Shown here: positions 40,220-54,268 of the stretch, in pieces
Position numbering within the stretch: position 1 is the stretch's first letter
Layout of the letters: each line of letters opens with the position of its first letter
Source: Pseudomonadota bacterium
Lineage (GTDB): Bacteria; Pseudomonadota; Gammaproteobacteria; Burkholderiales; Burkholderiaceae_C
Assembly: GCA_018241895.1 (NCBI GenBank)
Contig: JAFECX010000238.1
Coordinates: 2,996-66,995, forward strand
Direction of reading: 5' to 3'
DNA: 64,000 bases
The notes under the pieces: model-generated
Seen by the model: only the letters and a program-made list of their open reading frames with translations
Database searches by the model: none
What the model was told of the DNA's origin: nothing
Made by a program: the position numbers and the translations under genes

Positions 40220-40872
40220 GCCGTGCGACGCAGCACCCAGTAGTCGCAGTACGGCAGCTCGGTGAACGTCTCGGTGCGCAGGCCTGCCGCGTCGAGCCGC
40301 TGCTGCACCTGCGAACGCACGACGCGGCCGTCGCCGATCTCCCAGCAATGGTGCGGATCGATCCAGATGCGTCGGCGCACGAAGCGGTGATAGGCCTCGG
40401 CCAGGCTCGTCAGGCCCACCGCAAAGCGCCACTTGCACAGCCGCTGGCGTGGCGTGACGACGAGCATGTGGGCCTTGCGGTGCGGCAGCGTCAGGTACAG
40501 CTCGCCGCCGGGCTTCAGGAACGACGCCAGTTGCGCCAGCGCGTGCTGCAACTCGTCGAACGGCAGGTGCTCGAGCACCTCCGTGCAGACCACCGCATCG
40601 TAGCGGCCGTCCAGCGCCGGCTGCGCATCGAGCAGGTTGGCGTGGATGTCGGGCGCCAGGCGCTCGTTGACGTCCATCACCGTGTAGCTGCGCACGAAGG
40701 GCTGGATGCAGCGGCGCACGACGCCGTCGCCGGTGCCGACCTCGAGGACGTCGCCCTGCACGCGTGCACACAGGTCGCGCAGCACGTGGAAGTGGCGTGT
40801 CCAGGTGTAGAAGTCGATGTGCGCCAGGTACTCGCGCTGCGTGAGCACGAACTGGCCTTGAAAGTCGTTCAT
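40216..40872 (-). CDS. Class I SAM-dependent methyltransferase
   Basis: VLEVGTGDG, YDAVVCTEVLEHL, LKPGG, HCWEIG. Confidence 0.85.
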   Translation of the reverse strand: MNDFQGQFVLTQREYLAHIDFYTWTRHFHVLRDLCARVQGDVLEVGTGDGVVRRCIQPFVRSYTVMDVNERLAPDIHANLLDAQPALDGRYDAVVCTEVLEHLPFDELQHALAQLASFLKPGGELYLTLPHRKAHMLVVTPRQRLCKWRFAVGLTSLAEAYHRFVRRRIWIDPHHCWEIGDGRVVRSQVQQRLDAAGLRTETFTELPYCDYWVLRRTA

Positions 40873-42395
40873 CGCGCCAGCATGGCCCGGGCCACCGATG
40901 CCGGGCGTGCGAGATCGAGCCCGAGGTGCAACGCGGCGCCCGCGGCCAGCGCCGCGACCAGCGCAACCGCCGCCGGCACGCCGCTTGCGCCTGCCGGGGC
41001 GGCCCGAGCGGCCGAAGCGACTGAAGTGGCCGAAGTGGCCGCAGCGGCCCAGGAGGCCCACACGACCCACGCCACGAGCGGCAGCGCCGCCAGCGCCGTG
41101 CGGCCGACGATCGGCACGATGCGTCGCCACGGAAAGCGCCACGGCATCGTGGCGCCGGCCAGATGCACGGCGACGGCCGCCAGCGCCGCATTCGACAGCG
41201 CCGCGGCCGCCGCCGCGCCACTGGCGCCCAGGCGCGGTGCGAGCCACAGGTTCAGCACGGCGTTGAGCAGCGCCGCGCCGACCGTGAGCGCCAGCACCTG
41301 CCGGCTGCGCCCGTCGAGCAGCAGCGCGTACAGCGTGATCTGGTACAGCCCGAACGCGAGCACGCCGACACCCAGCAGCGCGAAGACCGACGGCGCCGCA
41401 CGGTACTCGGCGGCGGCCACCAGGGGCAGCAGCGTCGGGCCGGCCAGCGCCAGCGCCAGGGCGATCGGCAGCGCGAGGAAGACGAACACCTCGAGCGCAC
41501 GGTTCGTGAGAGCGGCCGCGGCGTCGCGGCGGTCCTCGTGCCAGTGCCGCGCCAGCGCCGGAAAGAGCGTGAAGCCGAGGACGCCGTAGACGGCGCCCGG
41601 CACGCCCGCCAGCGACACCGCCGCGGAGTACATCGCCAGCCCGTCGAGCCCGAGCACCGGCACGAGCAGGAAGCGGTCGACGTAGGCGTTGAGCTGCGCG
41701 AACAGCGCCATCACCACCAGCGGCGCGCAAAAGCGCAGCAGCTCGGCCAGCCGCGGCACCGCCACCGGCGCGGCCGGCCCGGCCTCGCGGCGCAGCAGCA
41801 GCACGGCGAGCACGAACACCGCCACCATCAGCACCACCTGCGCAGCGCAGTAGACGCCGAGCCACTGCGCCAGATGCGGCGGCCCGCTCCACACCAGCAT
41901 CAGCACGGTGCCCGCGCGCAGCACGCTGCGAGCAGCGATCACGCCGGCGACGACGCCGATGCGACCGAGCGTGCGCAGCCAGGCGAGGGCGAAATCGACG
42001 CCGACCTCGGCCGCGAGCAGCGCCAGCATGGCCGGCAGCAGCGAGCGCGCCGCACGCTCGCCGTAGATGAGCAGCGCCAGCGGATCGCGCGCCAGCAAGA
42101 CCGCCATCGACGCGAACACGAACAAGCCTGCGACCACGCCCGCCATCAGGGCGAAGGCGCGACGGCGATCGCGCGCGCCGCAGGCACCGGAAAACGAGCG
42201 CACCACCGCCGTCGACAGCGCAAAGCCCACCAGCGGCATCAACATGGCTGCGGCCACCGCGGTCTGCGACCAGGCACCGTAGTCGTGCCGGTCGAGCGCG
42301 CGCGCCAGCACCGGCAGCAGCAGCAGCCCGAGCAGGCGCTCGAACAGCACCGCAGACCCATACACGACGGTGCCGAGGCGCAACGAGGTCCGCAT
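40869..42395 (-). CDS. wzx: Second Wzx-type flippase
   Basis: About 13-14 TM helices, [35 protein letters not shown]...YSAA. Confidence 0.85.
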   Translation of the reverse strand: MRTSLRLGTVVYGSAVLFERLLGLLLLPVLARALDRHDYGAWSQTAVAAAMLMPLVGFALSTAVVRSFSGACGARDRRRAFALMAGVVAGLFVFASMAVLLARDPLALLIYGERAARSLLPAMLALLAAEVGVDFALAWLRTLGRIGVVAGVIAARSVLRAGTVLMLVWSGPPHLAQWLGVYCAAQVVLMVAVFVLAVLLLRREAGPAAPVAVPRLAELLRFCAPLVVMALFAQLNAYVDRFLLVPVLGLDGLAMYSAAVSLAGVPGAVYGVLGFTLFPALARHWHEDRRDAAAALTNRALEVFVFLALPIALALALAGPTLLPLVAAAEYRAAPSVFALLGVGVLAFGLYQITLYALLLDGRSRQVLALTVGAALLNAVLNLWLAPRLGASGAAAAAALSNAALAAVAVHLAGATMPWRFPWRRIVPIVGRTALAALPLVAWVVWASWAAAATSATSVASAARAAPAGASGVPAAVALVAALAAGAALHLGLDLARPASVARAMLAR

Positions 42396-42493
42396 CTCAG
42401 CCGGCGCGGCATGGGTGGCACAGGGGCATCAGGCGCGGGAGTGTAGCGAGGCCGCTGCCTAGAATGCGCGCTTCGCCTCATCGGGAACCCGCC

Positions 42494-43993
42494 ATGTCCG
42501 ACGACAACCAGCTTATCGCCGAGCGGCGCGACAAGCTGCGGACCCTGCGCGAGCGCGGCGTGGCATTCCCCAACGACTTCAGGCCGCGCCACCAGGCGGC
42601 CGAGCTGCACCACCGCCACGGCCAGGTGGCCAACGACGAGCTCGAGCCGCAGGCCGTGAAGGTGGTCGTCGCCGGGCGCATGATGCTCAAGCGCGTGATG
42701 GGCAAGGCCTGCTTTGCCACGCTGCAGGACGCGAGCGGGCGCATCCAGCTCTACGTCACGCAGGACGCGGTGGGCGCCGAACGGCTGGCCGAGTTCAAGC
42801 ACTGGGACCTGGGCGACATCGTCGGCTGCGAGGGCACGCTGTTTCGCACCAAGACCGGCGAGCTGTCGGTCAAGGCGAGCGCGATCCGGCTGCTCGTCAA
42901 GAGCCTGCGCCCGCTGCCCGACAAGTTCCACGGCATGGCCGACCAGGAGCAGAAGTACCGCCAGCGCTACGTCGACCTCATCGTCGACGAGGCGGCGCGC
43001 ACGCGCTTCGTGGCGCGCAGCCGCGCGGTGGCCTCGATCCGCGGCTTCATGGTCGAGCACGGCTTTCTCGAAGTCGAGACGCCGATGCTGCACCCCATTC
43101 CGGGCGGCGCCAACGCGCGCCCCTTCGTCACGCACCACAACGCGCTCGAGCAGCAGATGTTCCTGCGCATCGCGCCCGAGCTGTACCTGAAGCGCCTGGT
43201 GGTGGGCGGCTTCGAGCGCGTGTTCGAGATCAACCGCAATTTCCGCAACGAGGGGCTGTCGGTGCGCCACAACCCCGAGTTCACGATGATGGAGTTCTAC
43301 GCCGCGTACTGGACGCACCGCGAGCTGATGGGCTTCACCGAACAGTTGCTGCGCCACGCCGCGCGCGCGGCCGCGGGCTCGGCGGTGCTCACCTACGGCG
43401 CGCAGACGATCGACCTCGAGCAGCCGTTCGCGCGCCTCACGGTGCGCGATGCGCTCGTCGCGCATGCCGGTCTGACGGCGACCGAGGCCGCCGACAAGGC
43501 GCTGCTGCACGAGCGGCTCACCAGGCTCGGCGAGGAGCCGCCGGCGCACTGGACGCTGGCCGAACTGCAGTTCGCCGCCTTCGAGGCGCTGGTCGAGGAC
43601 AAGCTCGTGCAGCCGACCTTCATCGTCGACTATCCGGTGGAGGTGTCGCCGCTGGCGCGCGCCTCCGACACCGACCCGAGCATCACCGAGCGCTTCGAGC
43701 TCTTCATTACCGGGCGCGAGATCGCCAACGGCTTCTCGGAGCTGAACGACCCCGAGGAGCAGGCGGCGCGCTTCGCCGCCCAGGCCGCGAACAAGGACGC
43801 CGGCGACGAGGAGGCGATGTACTACGACGCCGACTACGTGCGCGCGCTCGAGTACGGCATGCCGCCGGCGGCCGGCTGCGGCGTCGGCATCGACCGCCTG
43901 GTGATGCTGCTCACCGACAGCCCGAGCATCCGCGACGTGATCCTGTTTCCCGCGCTGCGGCGCGAGGGCGCGCAGGCAGCGACAGGAGACTGA
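42494..43993 (+). CDS. lysS: Lysyl-tRNA synthetase, class II
   Basis: [27 protein letters not shown]....[28 protein letters not shown]. Confidence 0.97.
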   Translation: MSDDNQLIAERRDKLRTLRERGVAFPNDFRPRHQAAELHHRHGQVANDELEPQAVKVVVAGRMMLKRVMGKACFATLQDASGRIQLYVTQDAVGAERLAEFKHWDLGDIVGCEGTLFRTKTGELSVKASAIRLLVKSLRPLPDKFHGMADQEQKYRQRYVDLIVDEAARTRFVARSRAVASIRGFMVEHGFLEVETPMLHPIPGGANARPFVTHHNALEQQMFLRIAPELYLKRLVVGGFERVFEINRNFRNEGLSVRHNPEFTMMEFYAAYWTHRELMGFTEQLLRHAARAAAGSAVLTYGAQTIDLEQPFARLTVRDALVAHAGLTATEAADKALLHERLTRLGEEPPAHWTLAELQFAAFEALVEDKLVQPTFIVDYPVEVSPLARASDTDPSITERFELFITGREIANGFSELNDPEEQAARFAAQAANKDAGDEEAMYYDADYVRALEYGMPPAAGCGVGIDRLVMLLTDSPSIRDVILFPALRREGAQAATGD

Positions 43994-44085
43994 GGCCGGC
44001 CGCCCCGACCCGAGGCGCCGGCCCGCGCCTTGCCTGGGCTCCCAAGCCGATCCAGCGCGGGGCGGGGTCTGCGCGGCCCACCTGC

Positions 44086-44877
44086 CTAGCGATCGCGCCA
44101 GCGCGGCTTGCGCTTTTCGAGGAAGGCGGCCATGCCTTCCTTCTGGTCCTCGGTGGCGAACAGCGAGTGGAAGATGCGCCGCTCGTAGTCGACGCCGTCG
44201 CGCAGTCCGCCCTCGAAGCTCTTGTTGACGCAGGCCTTGGCCAGCGCGACGCTTGCGGGGCTCTGCGCATTGATCGCCTCGGCGGCGGCGAGCGCCTCGT
44301 CGAGCAGCTTGTCGGCCGGCACCACGCGCGAGACGAGCCCGGCGCGCTCGGCCTCGGCCGCGTCCATCGTGCGCGCCGTGAGCACCATGTCCATCGCCTT
44401 GCTCTTGCCCACCGCGCGCGGCAGGCGCTGCGTGCCGCCGGCACCGGGAATGATGCCGATCTTGATCTCGGGCTGGCCGAACCTGGCGCTGTCGGCGGCG
44501 ATGATGAAGTCGCACATCATCGCCAGCTCGCAGCCGCCGCCCAGCGCGAAGCCGGCCACGGCGGCGATCACCGGCTTGCGCACGCCGAGCAGGCTCTCCC
44601 AGTTGCGCGTGATGAAGGGTTCGGCCAGCGCCTCGGCGTACGTCTTCCTGGCCATCGCCGCGATGTCGGCGCCGGCGGCGAAGGCCCTGTCGCTGCCGGT
44701 GAGGACGATGCAGCCGACGGCCGCATCGTCGTCGAAGCGGCGCAGCGCCGTGCCGAGCTGATCCATGAGCGACGAGTTCAGCGCGTTGAGCTGCTGGGGG
44801 CGGTTGAGCGTCACGAGCGCAGTGCGCCGCGCGCCTTCGCCGCGCAACTCGGTCAGGATCAGGGCTTCGTCGTTCAT
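44086..44877 (-). CDS. Enoyl-CoA hydratase (crotonase family)
   Basis: [37 protein letters not shown]. Confidence 0.95.
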   Translation of the reverse strand: MNDEALILTELRGEGARRTALVTLNRPQQLNALNSSLMDQLGTALRRFDDDAAVGCIVLTGSDRAFAAGADIAAMARKTYAEALAEPFITRNWESLLGVRKPVIAAVAGFALGGGCELAMMCDFIIAADSARFGQPEIKIGIIPGAGGTQRLPRAVGKSKAMDMVLTARTMDAAEAERAGLVSRVVPADKLLDEALAAAEAINAQSPASVALAKACVNKSFEGGLRDGVDYERRIFHSLFATEDQKEGMAAFLEKRKPRWRDR

Positions 44878-44955
44878 GGCATGGCCTCCTGGCAATGCGG
44901 GAGACTATACGAGCGCGCATGCGCCGATCGGCACGGCGTGCCGGTGGCGGCGCCG

Positions 44956-46245
44956 CTATCGCGGCGGCTCGCGCAGCGCCTGCTGCGGCAGGCGCTCGAG
45001 CATCAGGTCGACCCAGGTCAGGGCATCCTGGCGGATGACGATGCGCACCGGCAGGTACTGCAGCGTCGGCGCGACCCAGAACTCGGCCGTCAGTGCGCCG
45101 CCGGGGCGCGCCTCGCGTCGCGGCTTGACGTGCATGGCCTGCACCGGACCGGCCGCGGTGTGGACGGTCTCCTCGTCGAGCACGTCGTAGATCCACGGCT
45201 CGACCGCGCGCGGCAGCGCCAGCGCGAGCTCGATCGTCTGCCCGCTCGCGAGCAGTCCGGCGCGCGTCGTGAACAGCCACGTCAGCTGCACGAACTGGCT
45301 GGCGCTGTCCTGCACGCCCGCCGGGCGCGGCACGACGCGCCCGTCGGCCAGAACGACGCGATCGGGCTCGAAGGCCAGCGTCACGACGCGCGGCGACTGG
45401 AACGCGATGCGCGTCTCTTCCTCGTAGCGTCTGGGCGCGAGCCCGTGCGCCGTGACCTCGCCGTCGCTCGCCAGCCGCCGCGACGCCAGCGGCGCGAACG
45501 GCGGCCCGATCGACAGCTCGAGGTGCACCTGGTAGTGCGCGCCGGTCACGAGCCAGTCGACGCGCGCCCGGCCCTCGACCGGGCCGCGGTAGTTGCCCCT
45601 CAGCACATAGGACAGGCGCGTCGACGGCGGCCATTCGAAGCCTGCGGCGTGCGCTGCGGCCGGCGCCGTTGTCTGCGCCGTTGTCTGCTCCGGACTCTGC
45701 GCCGACGAGGCGGCTTCGGCGGGTGGCGCCGGCGTCGCCCCGGCGCTGGCCGGCGCGTCGGCCACGAGCAGCGCCGCCGATGCGGCCGGCGGCGGCAACG
45801 GCCCGGATGCGATCTGCGGCGGCGGCGATGCGAGCGCCTCGGGCCGCGGCGCACTCGCGGCCGCGTCGGCGGCGCGAGCCACCTCGGCCACCTCGGCCAC
45901 CTCGGCGACCTCGGCCACCTCGGCCACCTCAGCCACCTCAGCCACCTCAGCGGCTGCAGGAGCCAGTGGCGCCACGCCGCGCAGCGCACGGCGCAGCGCA
46001 GGCGGCGCGCGCAGCACGGCCGCCGGCGGCGCCGGGCGCAGCTCGCGCACGAAGGCCACGTCGATGCGCGCGATGCGCGCGCCGGCAGCGTCGCCGCCGA
46101 ACCCTTCGGGCACCAGGCGCCCGGCGAGCCACAGATGCGCCAGCAGCACGAACAGCGCCAGCACCGCCAGCGCGGCCGGGCGCAGCGTTCGCCGAGCGCG
46201 CCTCGGCCTCGGCGATGCGGGCGGCGACGACACGAACAGCCGCAC
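44956..46245 (-). CDS. DUF3108-domain protein with low-complexity linker
   Basis: N-terminal TM, FEWPPSTRLSY, QDSASQFVQL, LPVRI; resembles Burkholderiales DUF3108 proteins. Confidence 0.65.
   Translation of the reverse strand: MRLFVSSPPASPRPRRARRTLRPAALAVLALFVLLAHLWLAGRLVPEGFGGDAAGARIARIDVAFVRELRPAPPAAVLRAPPALRRALRGVAPLAPAAAEVAEVAEVAEVAEVAEVAEVAEVARAADAAASAPRPEALASPPPQIASGPLPPPAASAALLVADAPASAGATPAPPAEAASSAQSPEQTTAQTTAPAAAHAAGFEWPPSTRLSYVLRGNYRGPVEGRARVDWLVTGAHYQVHLELSIGPPFAPLASRRLASDGEVTAHGLAPRRYEEETRIAFQSPRVVTLAFEPDRVVLADGRVVPRPAGVQDSASQFVQLTWLFTTRAGLLASGQTIELALALPRAVEPWIYDVLDEETVHTAAGPVQAMHVKPRREARPGGALTAEFWVAPTLQYLPVRIVIRQDALTWVDLMLERLPQQALREPPR
45878..45949. repeat. 9-bp tandem repeat x8 encoding (EVA)8
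   Basis: GCCACCTCG x3, GCGACCTCG, GCCACCTCG, GCCACCTCA x3. Confidence 0.95.
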
Positions 46246-46266
46246 GCGCGCCGGGCTCTCGGACTC

Positions 46267-46716
46267 TCAGGTTCCGGCGGCGCCGATGAAGCAGCACAGC
46301 GCCGCGCCGACGCTCAGGCGAAAGCGCAGCGTCAGCCAGGCGCCGACGCCCTGCTCGACGTACAGGCGGCGGTCGATCAGCCAGCACGCGAGCAGCATCG
46401 CGCCGCTGACCACGAGGCCGCTGAAGGCCGGCATCATGACGGCGACCCAGGCCGCCAGCGTGGGCGCCACGCCCCAGGCCAGCAGCCGCGGCGATACGGC
46501 GGCCGCGCGCATCGCCAGCCCCCAGTGGATGCCGCCGAGAAACGACACCACCAGCGCCGCGAAGGCCGACAGCGCCTGCGCCGCGTACGGCAGCGCCTCG
46601 GCGCTCACGAACCAGACCAGCAGCGCGCCCAGCACGAAGGGCACGAGACCGAGATAGCCGAGCCGCTGCGCGAGCAGCGGCGGCGTTCGGCCGGCAGGGG
46701 TGAGATCGGCGTTCAT
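46267..46716 (-). CDS. DUF3429-family membrane protein
   Basis: LGYLGLVPF, SFLGGIHWG, WLTLRFRLS. Confidence 0.8.
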   Translation of the reverse strand: MNADLTPAGRTPPLLAQRLGYLGLVPFVLGALLVWFVSAEALPYAAQALSAFAALVVSFLGGIHWGLAMRAAAVSPRLLAWGVAPTLAAWVAVMMPAFSGLVVSGAMLLACWLIDRRLYVEQGVGAWLTLRFRLSVGAALCCFIGAAGT

Positions 46717-46822
46717 CGAGGCCGGGTGCGGCAACCCGAATGGTCCCATATGTCAAGAACGTCCCAAATGCCCCAAAAATCCAGACGGCCCGGCCGGCCC
46801 GGACCGGTGGGCCGCGCGCGCT

Positions 46823-47569
46823 TCAGGACTTCTTCGCCGCGGCCGGGGCCGCCGGTGCCTCGAGCAGCCGCTCGACCATCTCGAGCGGGATCGCGCCGGG
46901 CTTGCGCGTGCCGTCGGCGAACACGACGGCCGGCGTGCCGTTGATCTTGTACTTGTGTCCGAAGGCGACGTTGCGCTCGAGTGCGCCGGTGTCGCACTTG
47001 GCCGCAGCGGTGGCGGCGGGCACGCCGTCGAGCATCCAGGCACGCCAGCTCTTGGCGGGATCCTTGGCGCACCAGATGTCGCGCGACTTGAGCTGCGAGT
47101 CCGGCCCCAGGATCGGCATCAGGAAGGCGTAGATGGTCACGTCCTTCACCTTTGCCAGGTCGCGCTCGAAGCGCTTGCAGTAGCCGCAGTTCGGATCGAC
47201 GAAGACGGCCATCTTGCGCTCGCCGCTGCCCTGCTTGATCGCGATCGCGTCGGCCAGCGGCAGCTTCGCGAAATCGATCGCGAGCAGCTTTTCCATGCGC
47301 GCCTCGGTCAGGTCGGCGCGCGTCTTGGTGTCGATGATCGAGGCGCCGACGATCAGGTGATCGCCCTTGTCGTCGGTGTAGACGAGGTCGGTGCCCATGC
47401 GCACCTCCCACAGGCCGGGGATCGGCGTGCGCGTCACCTCGTCGATCGGCGGCAGCTTGGGCAGGCGCTCGGCCAGCGCCTTGCGGATCACCGCCTCCTG
47501 CGCAAGCAGCGGGCCGGCACAGGCACGCAACACGGCGGCGCGCGCCAGGCGGGGGGTCGACAGTCTCAT
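46823..47569 (-). CDS. dsbC: DsbC-family thiol:disulfide isomerase
   Basis: FVDPNCGYCKR, GTP cis-Pro motif, N-terminal dimerisation domain. Confidence 0.9.
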   Translation of the reverse strand: MRLSTPRLARAAVLRACAGPLLAQEAVIRKALAERLPKLPPIDEVTRTPIPGLWEVRMGTDLVYTDDKGDHLIVGASIIDTKTRADLTEARMEKLLAIDFAKLPLADAIAIKQGSGERKMAVFVDPNCGYCKRFERDLAKVKDVTIYAFLMPILGPDSQLKSRDIWCAKDPAKSWRAWMLDGVPAATAAAKCDTGALERNVAFGHKYKINGTPAVVFADGTRKPGAIPLEMVERLLEAPAAPAAAKKS

Positions 47570-47648
47570 GCGTCGGTTCCTGTGCAAGACGGTGGTGGCG
47601 TGGGCGTCGGCAGCCCCGCGGCTGCCGGCGAGATCCGGCCGGCCGCGC

Positions 47649-48758
47649 TCAGCGGCCGATGGCCTGCTGCGCGAGCAGGTGCTTGAGCGGCGGCAACCGG
47701 TTGACCAGACCCAGGCCGCGGTTGCGAAGTTCCTTGACCCACGGCTGCGAGTTGGCGAACAGCTGCAGCAGTCCGTCGGTGACGAGGCCCATCGCGCCGA
47801 CGGCGGCGGCGCGCCGGCGCGCATGGCGTGCCAGCACGCGTTCGTCGCCGATCGCGCGCCACGGCTCGCGCGCCGCCAGCACGTCGACCAGCGAGGCCAC
47901 ATCGCCGAAGCCGAGGTTCAGCCCCTGGCCGGCCAGCGGGTGCACGACGTGCGCCGCATCGCCCAGCAGCACCCAGCCCGGCCCGCAGACGGGCTCGGCG
48001 CGGCCGATCGACAGCGGCCAGCCCACGCGTGCGCCGGCGAGCTTGAGCACCCCGGCCGCACCCGCCGTGGCCGCCATCAGTTCGGCCTCGAAGGCCGCGG
48101 GCTCGAGCGCGAGCAACTCCGCGGCGCGCGCCTCGGGCCCCGACCACACGAGCGCGAAGCCGTGCGCGGGCAGCGGCTGGTCGACGGGCAGCAGCGCCAG
48201 CACGTCCGGCGAGCGGAACCACTGGTGCGCGCAGCCCGCGTGCGGCAGGTCGGACACGAGCCGCGCGGCAATCGCGCGCTGGCCGTAGGGATGGCGCTCC
48301 ATGCGTGCGCCCAGCCGCGCGCGCGTCGGCGCATCCTTGCCTTCGGCCAGGACGAGCAGCGCGCACGGCAGCTCGGCCTCGACGCGGCACAGACGCGGCG
48401 CGTAGCGCAGCGCCTCGCGCAGCGCGCGCTCGAGCGCGGCGGCGTCGACGATCCACGCCAGCTGCGGCACCGACTCGCTCCAGGCCGAGAAGTCGATGCG
48501 CGCGCCCGGCTGGTCGCCCTCGACGCGCATGTCGTGCACCGGCGTGCGCGCTGCCGCCGGCAGCGCATCCCAGACCTTGAGCGAGCGCAGCAGCGCCACC
48601 GAGGCGTCGTTGAGCGCATAGGCGCGCACGTCCTCGCAGGCACCGGCCGGCGCCGGCGCGCCGAGCAGCGCGACCTCGAAGCCGGCATGCGACAGCGCCA
48701 GCGCCGCCGCGGCGCCGACCGCGCCGTCGCCACGCACGAGGATGTCGCAGCCTTGCAT
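47649..48758 (-). CDS. UbiH/UbiF/VisC-family FAD-dependent monooxygenase
   Basis: VRGDGAVG, RAYAL, LLGDAAHVVHPLAGQGLNLGFGD. Confidence 0.9.
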   Translation of the reverse strand: MQGCDILVRGDGAVGAAAALALSHAGFEVALLGAPAPAGACEDVRAYALNDASVALLRSLKVWDALPAAARTPVHDMRVEGDQPGARIDFSAWSESVPQLAWIVDAAALERALREALRYAPRLCRVEAELPCALLVLAEGKDAPTRARLGARMERHPYGQRAIAARLVSDLPHAGCAHQWFRSPDVLALLPVDQPLPAHGFALVWSGPEARAAELLALEPAAFEAELMAATAGAAGVLKLAGARVGWPLSIGRAEPVCGPGWVLLGDAAHVVHPLAGQGLNLGFGDVASLVDVLAAREPWRAIGDERVLARHARRRAAAVGAMGLVTDGLLQLFANSQPWVKELRNRGLGLVNRLPPLKHLLAQQAIGR

Positions 48759-48856
48759 CGGCCGCATTCTAGGGAGGCGCCACGAGGCGGGCGCGGCACA
48801 ATGGCCGTTTCCCCACACCCGGCGCGCCGGCGGCACGCCGCCGGCGCGCGATCCCG

Positions 48857-49708
48857 GTGAGCGACATCGCCTGCCGCATCGCGGCGCTGCACATCCATCC
48901 CGTCAAGTCGTGCGCCGGCATCGCGCTCGACGAGACGCGGCTCGTCGAGACCGGTGCCGAGCTCGACCGCGCCTGGATGGTGGTCGACGCGCGAGGCGAG
49001 ATGCTCACGCAGCGCACCTGGCCGCAACTGGCGCTCGTGACGCCGCGGCTGCGCCCGGGCGAGCTGGTGCTGCGCGCGCCGGGCATGCTGGCGCTGCACC
49101 TGCGGCTGGACGCGGCCGGGGCACCGACGCGGGTGCGCGTTTTTCGCGACGAGGTGCGCGCCCACGACATGGGCGACATCGCGGCGCAATGGTTCAGCGA
49201 CTTCCTCGGCCACCGGCTGCGCCTCGTGCGCTTCGACCCCGACGAGCGCCGCCTCGCCAGCCGCGAATGGACCGGCCGCCTCGAAGCGCCGACCGCGTTC
49301 GCCGACGGCTTTCCGCTGCTCGTGCTGGGCGCCGCGTCGCTGGCCGAGCTCAACGCACGCCTGCAGCGCGCCGGGCACGCAGCGGTGGGCAGCGAGCGCT
49401 TTCGGCCCAACGTCGTGCTCGACGGGCTCGAGGCCTTCGACGAGGACCATCTCGACGAACTCGCCATCGACGGCGACGACGGCCCGCTGGTGCTGCGCCT
49501 GGTCAAGCCCTGCGTGCGCTGCACGATCCCCAACGTCGATCCGGCCAGCGGCGCGAGCGCGCCGGCCGTCGGCGACACGCTGGCCACCTTCCGCGCCGAC
49601 GCGCGCATGAACGGAGGCGTCACCTTCGGGATGAACGCCGTCGTCGTCGCAGGCGTCGGCCGCAGGCTGCGCGTGGGTCAGGCGGTGCGCTCGAACTACC
49701 GCTTCTGA
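48857..49708 (+). CDS. MOSC-domain protein (YcbX-like)
   Basis: HPVKSCAG, DRAWMVV, FADGFP, RFRPNVV, KPCVRC. Confidence 0.9.
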   Translation: MSDIACRIAALHIHPVKSCAGIALDETRLVETGAELDRAWMVVDARGEMLTQRTWPQLALVTPRLRPGELVLRAPGMLALHLRLDAAGAPTRVRVFRDEVRAHDMGDIAAQWFSDFLGHRLRLVRFDPDERRLASREWTGRLEAPTAFADGFPLLVLGAASLAELNARLQRAGHAAVGSERFRPNVVLDGLEAFDEDHLDELAIDGDDGPLVLRLVKPCVRCTIPNVDPASGASAPAVGDTLATFRADARMNGGVTFGMNAVVVAGVGRRLRVGQAVRSNYRF

Positions 49709-49884
49709 ACCGCGCCGCACGCGGCCGAACGCGTGTGCGCGTGCGCTCCGCCGGCGCTGCGGGCGCGCTGCCGTGCACCGGCCGCGGCGCCCCGGCGGCC
49801 GGCGCGCTATAGGAAAATGGCGCGCTCCCCGCGCGCGAGTGCATCGTCCGCAGCGCCGCACACCTCCCCGCGAAAGACCCCTCC

Positions 49885-50990
49885 ATGAGCCTCAAGTGCG
49901 GCATCGTGGGCCTGCCCAACGTCGGCAAGTCCACCCTGTTCAACGCTCTCACCAAGGCCGGCATCGCCGCCGAGAACTATCCGTTCTGCACGATCGAGCC
50001 CAACGTCGGCATCGTCGAGGTGCCCGACCCGCGCCTGGCCAGGCTGGCCGCGATCGTCAAGCCGCAGCGCGTGGTGCCGGCGATCGTCGAGTTCGTCGAC
50101 ATCGCAGGCCTGGTGGCCGGCGCCAGCCAGGGCGAGGGCCTGGGCAACCAGTTCCTCAGCCACATCCGCGAGACCGACGCCATCGTCAACGTCGTGCGCT
50201 GTTTCGAGGACGACAACGTCGTGCACGTGGCCGGCCGGGTGGACCCGATCTCCGACATCGAGGTCATCCAGACCGAACTGTGCCTGGCCGATCTGGCAAC
50301 CGTCGACAAGAGCCTGGCGCGCTGGACCAAGCAGGCGCGCGCCGGCGGCGACAAGGAGGCGCAGCGCCTCGTGGCGGTGCTCGAGAAGTGCCAGGCCGCG
50401 CTCGACGCCGGGCGGCCGGTGCGCTCGATCGCGTTTGCCAAGGAGGAGCGGACGGTCCTCGGGCCGCTGTGCCTCATCACCGCCAAGCCGCAGATGTTCG
50501 TCGCCAACGTCGCCGAGGACGGCTTCGAGCGCAATCCGCTGCTCGATCGCCTGCGCGAGTACGCCACGCGCCACGCCGGCGAGACGGGCGCGGCGCCCGT
50601 GGTGGCGATCTGCGCCAAGACCGAGGCCGATCTGGCCGACATGTCCGAGGAGGACCGCCTGCTCTTCCTGCACGAGATGGGGCAGGACGAGCCGGGGCTG
50701 GCGCGCCTCGTGCGCGCTGCCTTCAAGCTGCTGGGCCTGCAGACGTACTTCACGGCCGGCGAGAAGGAGGTGCGTGCCTGGACGATCCACGTCGGCGACA
50801 CTGCACCGCAGGCCGCCGGCGTGATCCACAGCGACTTCGAGCGCGGCTTCATCCGCGCGCAGACCATCGCCTACGACGACTTCGTCGCCCATGGCGGCGA
50901 GCAGGGGGCCCGAGAGGCCGGCAGGATGCGCTCCGAAGGCAAGGACTACGTCGTGCGCGACGGCGACGTGATGAACTTCCTCTTCAACGT

Positions 50991-50994
<4 letters not shown>
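49885..50994 (+). CDS. ychF: Redox-regulated ATPase YchF
   Basis: [43 protein letters not shown]. Confidence 0.97.
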
Positions 50995-54224
<3,230 letters not shown>

Positions 54225-54268
54225 CAATGCGACGTCGCGAGACTGCTGCCCGCACTGGGTCTCGATCT

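Noticed and set aside
46743-46790. AT-richer degenerate 9-mer stretch between dsbC and DUF3429
   Set aside because: Too degenerate and short to separate from promoter sequence or chance
46823-47569. dsbC as part of the S-layer export system
   Set aside because: About 20 kb from the T2SS block, in the ordinary dsbC-ubiH-MOSC-ychF housekeeping context
49773-50990. N-terminal extension of the hybrid kinase (1483-aa ORF)
   Set aside because: Off-frame overlap with ychF; kinase-like sequence begins at about 50991
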